IMG/VR virus record: IMGVR_UViG_2563366976_000007
Length of the DNA: 9,836 bases
Reading direction: 5' to 3' (one strand)
From: a virus
Taxonomy: Duplodnaviria > Heunggongvirae > Uroviricota > Caudoviricetes
Shown here: positions 6,891-9,836 of the stretch, piece after piece
Layout: every line of letters begins with the position of its first letter
How positions within the stretch are numbered: position 1 is the first letter of the stretch
Translations under genes and position numbers: made by a program
Notes under the pieces: generated by a model
The model's input: only the letters and a program-made list of their open reading frames with translations
Databases searched by the model: none
What the model was told of the DNA's origin: nothing

Positions 6891-6966
6891 GCATATGAGG
6901 TTTTTGGATGCACTGGCGTTCGTGATCGGGATAATCATTTCATAATTTGCAACATAACTCAATATC

Positions 6967-7016
6967 ATTGCATAAAATGCAATTCTGATTATAATCAGGA
7001 CTGGATAAACATCCAG
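6967..7016 (+). promoter_or_regulatory. Candidate regulated promoter of the head operon: three adjacent perfect palindromes overlapping -35, -10 and +1
   Basis: ATTGCAT-AAA-ATGCAAT (6967-6983), CTGATTATAATCAG (6985-6998) and CTGGAT-AAAC-ATCCAG (7001-7016). Consensus -10 TATAAT (6990-6995) lies inside the middle palindrome; -35-like TTGCAT (6968-6973) with a 16-nt spacer. Confidence 0.5.
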
Positions 7017-7051
7017 TTATGATTTTTTTAGTCGAAGAGGAATTTCTTACT

Positions 7052-7258
7052 ATGGCTGAAGAGAAAAAAGGCGGTGTTTCGGTGTACATAAGCCCCGAAA
7101 TCGTGGAGGTGCTCAAGCAGCGCCACAAAAAAAACTATGAAGCTGGCGTTGCGGCTGGACTGGATCCGCTGATGACGCCGGAGCCGTCGATAGGTTCACT
7201 TGTACGCTCTTATTTACTTGCGGCGCTTGGGATGCATAAAAATTATGGGGGTGAATAA
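7052..7258 (+). CDS. Hypothetical small protein (68 aa), first gene of the head operon
   Basis: ATG 7052 preceded by GAAGAGGAA; alternative in-frame ATG at 7019 has no SD. Its stop overlaps the capsid ATG (TAATG at 7256-7260), so it is translationally coupled to the major capsid gene. Confidence 0.6.
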   Translation: MAEEKKGGVSVYISPEIVEVLKQRHKKNYEAGVAAGLDPLMTPEPSIGSLVRSYLLAALGMHKNYGGE

Positions 7259-8313
7259 TGGCAGGCAAAGCAACGGCACTTAACACTAACCAGCTTTTCA
7301 TGTACCTGAATCGCGGGGATATTGCGGATTTTAAATTCAGCCCTCTGTTTACCACGCTGTTTTTCCCGAACGTGGCGACATTCAGCACGCAAAACATCAT
7401 GCTGGATACCCTGGACATTGAAGAAGTCACCATGTCGGCGTTTTGTTCGCCTATGGTGGGTAGCCAGGTTCAGCGCGATAAAGGGTACGAAACCAGCACA
7501 ATCAAACCTGGCTACATGAAGCCAAAGCACGAAATCGATCCAACGAAAACCATCATGCGCATGGCTGGAGAAGATCCGGCACAGCTTAACGACCCTACCT
7601 ATCGCCGTATGCGCCTGATTACTGGCAACATGCGCCGCCAGATAAACGCCATTAAGGCACGCGTGGAATGGCTGGCGGTGAATGCGGTAACGACCGGAAA
7701 AAACATCATTGAGGGCGAAGGCATAGAACGCTATGAAATCGACTGGAAAATACCGGAAAACTGCATCATAGAGCAGGCCAAGGGTAAAAAATGGTCCGAG
7801 CAGGATAAAGACATGCACGACCCAATCTATGACATCGAGCTTTATGCTGATCAGGCTGGTTGCCCCGCAAACGTCATGATTATGGGCGCTGAGGTATGGC
7901 GAACGTTACGCAGCTTTAAAAAATTCCGTGAGCTGTACGATCTTTCCCGTGGTTCAGAGTCCGCCGCAGAGCTGGCCTGTAAAAACCTGGGCGAAGTGGT
8001 GAGCTTTAAAGGCTATCTGGGCGATATTGCCCTTATCGTCTATTCCGGCAAATACGCCGACAGCGACGGCACAGAAAAATATTTCCTTGAGCCTGATTTG
8101 CTTGTCCTGGGCAACACCAACAATAAAGGGCTGGTGGCCTATGGTGCGATTATGGATCAGGACGCAGTAAGAACGGGGGCAACGCAAAACATGTACTACC
8201 CGAAAAACTGGATTGAGGACGGAGATCCGGCGATTGAGTACGTGCAGACGCACAGCGCACCGCAGCCGGTTCCGGCAGATATTCGCAAATTTGTTACTGT
8301 CAAAATTGCTTAA
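7258..8313 (+). CDS. Major capsid protein, lambda gpE-like
   Basis: 351 aa. Multiple blocks match lambda gpE as recalled: FKFSPLF..LFF (lambda FKFDPLFLRLFF), PGYMKPKHEIDP (PGYVKPKHEVNP), DPTYRRMRLITGNMR (DPAYRRRRIIMQNMR), VSFKGYLGDIALIVYSGKY (VSYKGMYGDVAIVVYSGQY), LVLGNT..GL.AYG.I.D, YPKNW...GDPA.EY...HSAP. Length also matches (gpE 341 aa). Confidence 0.85.
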   Translation: MAGKATALNTNQLFMYLNRGDIADFKFSPLFTTLFFPNVATFSTQNIMLDTLDIEEVTMSAFCSPMVGSQVQRDKGYETSTIKPGYMKPKHEIDPTKTIMRMAGEDPAQLNDPTYRRMRLITGNMRRQINAIKARVEWLAVNAVTTGKNIIEGEGIERYEIDWKIPENCIIEQAKGKKWSEQDKDMHDPIYDIELYADQAGCPANVMIMGAEVWRTLRSFKKFRELYDLSRGSESAAELACKNLGEVVSFKGYLGDIALIVYSGKYADSDGTEKYFLEPDLLVLGNTNNKGLVAYGAIMDQDAVRTGATQNMYYPKNWIEDGDPAIEYVQTHSAPQPVPADIRKFVTVKIA

Positions 8314-8324
8314 CGGGGGATTCT

Positions 8325-8660
8325 ATGGACACTCCATACATTGAGTTATTTGCAGGCAGTCAGCAGGTCGCCACGACGCTGGTACATTTTGCCGCTGATG
8401 CTGGCGTTATCCAGGAATTTACCCCGCTGATGCTGGCGGACAATGGCGAGTTTAAGCCGTGGGATGGTCAGGAATCTGGCAAGGCTGTTTATCTGACTTC
8501 GTACCCCGTGGACACGTCAAAGCAGAAATCAGCACAGTGTTACAAGACGGGGATATTTAATATCGCCGCCGTAAACTGGCCTGAGAGCGCCGACACTGAC
8601 GCGAAAAAATGCGCCGCCTTTGCGGGTTCTGGCGTATCCGTTCAGCCGCTGGCGCGATAA
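8325..8660 (+). CDS. Head decoration protein, lambda gpD-like
   Basis: 111 aa (lambda gpD 110 aa). Motifs TPLMLAD (gpD TPLMLD), WDG, CYKTGIF (FYKSGTF) and WPESADTDAKKCAAFAGS (WPEAASDETKKRTAFAGT). GGGGGA SD 4 nt upstream. Confidence 0.75.
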   Translation: MDTPYIELFAGSQQVATTLVHFAADAGVIQEFTPLMLADNGEFKPWDGQESGKAVYLTSYPVDTSKQKSAQCYKTGIFNIAAVNWPESADTDAKKCAAFAGSGVSVQPLAR

Positions 8661-8672
8661 GCAGGGGAAACG

Positions 8673-9086
8673 ATGGCAACGAATGAAAGCATCATGGCGC
8701 TACCGCTGGCGAGTAAATTTAAAGCAGAAGCGCGGGCAATGGCTGACAGAGGTTTATCAACCTACGAGGCCGTATATCAACTCAACAAACTGGAAGAACA
8801 GGACAAGCCGCGCGCTGATGCGATTATGGCGCTTCATGAACATAACGACTATCAGCCGCTGTTACGTGCAATGGCAAACGTGCCATGTATTAGCGTCGAT
8901 AATGCTCGTGAAATCCTGAACATGACCATAGAGCAGGAGCGCCCAAAGGTTGCACCAGAGCTTACCGCAGCCTTTGAAAACTTTATGGACATGCACAGCC
9001 CGCAAGCCGTATCAGCTGGCATGGCGTACGATGGCAGAAACCAGGGCGATGACGGCGACATCGATCGCATACTGAAAACCATCTGA
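8673..9086 (+). CDS. Hypothetical protein (137 aa) between the decoration gene and cos
   Basis: AGGGGA SD 4 nt before ATG. Acidic, probably helical protein. Function unknown; by position it could be a packaging or head-completion factor. Followed by a terminator and the cos site. Confidence 0.65.
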   Translation: MATNESIMALPLASKFKAEARAMADRGLSTYEAVYQLNKLEEQDKPRADAIMALHEHNDYQPLLRAMANVPCISVDNAREILNMTIEQERPKVAPELTAAFENFMDMHSPQAVSAGMAYDGRNQGDDGDIDRILKTI

Positions 9087-9091
9087 GACAA

Positions 9092-9116
9092 GGCCGGAGA
9101 AATCCGGCTTTTTTTT
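9092..9116 (+). terminator. Rho-independent terminator
   Basis: GCCGGA-GAAA-TCCGGC hairpin followed by T8. Third copy of the same terminator motif. Confidence 0.75.
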
Positions 9117-9148
9117 ACGGGTCCTTTCCGGCATATGGACCCGTTACG

Positions 9149-9160
9149 GGGCGGCGACCT
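9149..9160. other. lambda-type cohesive end site (cosN), GGGCGGCGACCT
   Basis: GTTACGGGGCGGCGACCTCGCGGTTTTTCGCTATTTATGA matches, with one mismatch, the lambda cos junction and left-end sequence as I recall it (…GTTACG|GGGCGGCGACCTCGCGGGTTTTCGCTATTTATGA…); identity is lost after ~35 nt. Lies ~135 nt upstream of the Nu1-like gene, as in lambda. Confidence 0.8.
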
Positions 9161-9255
9161 CGCGGTTTTTCGCTATTTATGAGCCTTTTCAGGGGGGTGG
9201 TGGTGGTTTTGTTGTTTGCTCTATCTTTATGAATAAAAAGGGAAAGATGCAAGCA

Positions 9256-9291
9256 ATACACCAACCTGAAGCAGTAATTAAGTTGGTGTAT
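9256..9291. promoter_or_regulatory. Perfect 10-bp inverted repeat abutting the terS start codon
   Basis: ATACACCAAC (9256-9265) and GTTGGTGTAT (9282-9291) with a 16-nt spacer, ending 3 nt before ATG 9294. Together with a G-rich tract (GGGGGGTGGTGGTGG, ~9192-9206) it occupies the position of cosB in lambda. Confidence 0.4.
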
Positions 9292-9293
9292 TA

Positions 9294-9836
9294 ATGAAAT
9301 CGCACCTGATGAACAAAAAAAACATGGCTAAAAGCTGCCGTGTAAGTGCGACAGCGTTCGACAAGTGGGGAGTAACTCCCGTTGAGCGTAAAGGCCGTGA
9401 GGCGTTTTATGATGTTGCCAGCGTGATAGACAATAGGGTTAACAATGCAATTAGCCAGCTTACAAACGACAAAGGCGATATTGACGATGATGAACTATTA
9501 CGAGTCAGGATCAGATTACTGACAGCGCAGGCGGAGGCGCAGGAGCTTAAAAACGAGCGCGAACGAGGCGACGTTATTGATACAGGGTTTTGCCTGTACG
9601 CGCTTTCAAAGCTGGCGAGCCAGATTTCTTCAATCATGGACAGCATCCCGCTTACTATGCAAAGGAGCTTTCCACACATTACCCCAGCCATGCTGGATGG
9701 GCTTAAAAGGGAAGTGGTTAAAGCCTGTAATGCCAGTGCCAGAGTTGCCGACAACCTCCCACAGATACTGGCTGATTACTTGAAAGAAACAACCGGAAAC
9801 GTACCGGAAAAGTTGCAGCAGAATAAAGATAAGTAA
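9294..9836 (+). CDS. Terminase small subunit, lambda Nu1-like
   Basis: 180 aa (Nu1 181 aa). Strong block similarity to lambda Nu1 as recalled: LLTAQAEAQELKNERERGDVIDTGFCLYALSKLASQISSIMDSIPLTMQRSFP (Nu1 LTRAQADAQELKNARDSAEVVETAFCTFVLSRIAGEIASILDGLPLSVQRRFP) and C-terminal LKREVVKACN...LADYLKE (LKRDIIKAMN...LSEYIEQ). The N-terminal ~50 aa are more diverged. Start could be ATG 9294, 9309 or 9324; none has a clear SD. Stop TAA is at the window end. Confidence 0.85.
   Translation: MKSHLMNKKNMAKSCRVSATAFDKWGVTPVERKGREAFYDVASVIDNRVNNAISQLTNDKGDIDDDELLRVRIRLLTAQAEAQELKNERERGDVIDTGFCLYALSKLASQISSIMDSIPLTMQRSFPHITPAMLDGLKREVVKACNASARVADNLPQILADYLKETTGNVPEKLQQNKDK

Noticed and set aside
7243-7818. 191-aa minus-strand ORF
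   Set aside because: Antisense to the well-supported gpE-like capsid gene.
8620-8919. 99-aa + strand ORF, and the 8852-9091 minus-strand ORF
   Set aside because: Alternative-frame or antisense overlaps of the gpD-like and 137-aa genes; Arg/Trp-rich translation.
9407-9754. 115-aa minus-strand ORF
   Set aside because: Antisense to the Nu1-like terS gene.

Overview
The window reads as one compact (~9.8 kb) integrative phage-satellite / PICI-like element from an enterobacterium, with almost every credible gene on the + strand. Order: P4-type tyrosine integrase (1-1239); AlpA-family regulator; a convergent minus-strand Arc/MetJ-type RHH gene with a divergent promoter carrying perfect TGTGCGCACA palindromes; an early operon (structured leader with a possible small upstream ORF, two unknown small proteins, then a P4-alpha/D5-type primase-helicase); an array of ~10 TGTTCACC iterons (likely origin); small protein + SSB-like protein + PerC-like regulator; an orphan 74-aa gene boxed in by terminators; a head module (68-aa protein, lambda gpE-like major capsid, lambda gpD-like decoration protein, 137-aa unknown); a lambda-type cosN; and a lambda Nu1-like small terminase that runs to the window end. 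No portal, prohead protease, large terminase or tail genes are present in the window, so the element looks dependent on a lambda-like helper. No rRNA, tRNA, CRISPR array or IS element was seen. Product calls rest on motifs and on similarity to lambda/P4 proteins recalled from memory; none was confirmed by a database search.
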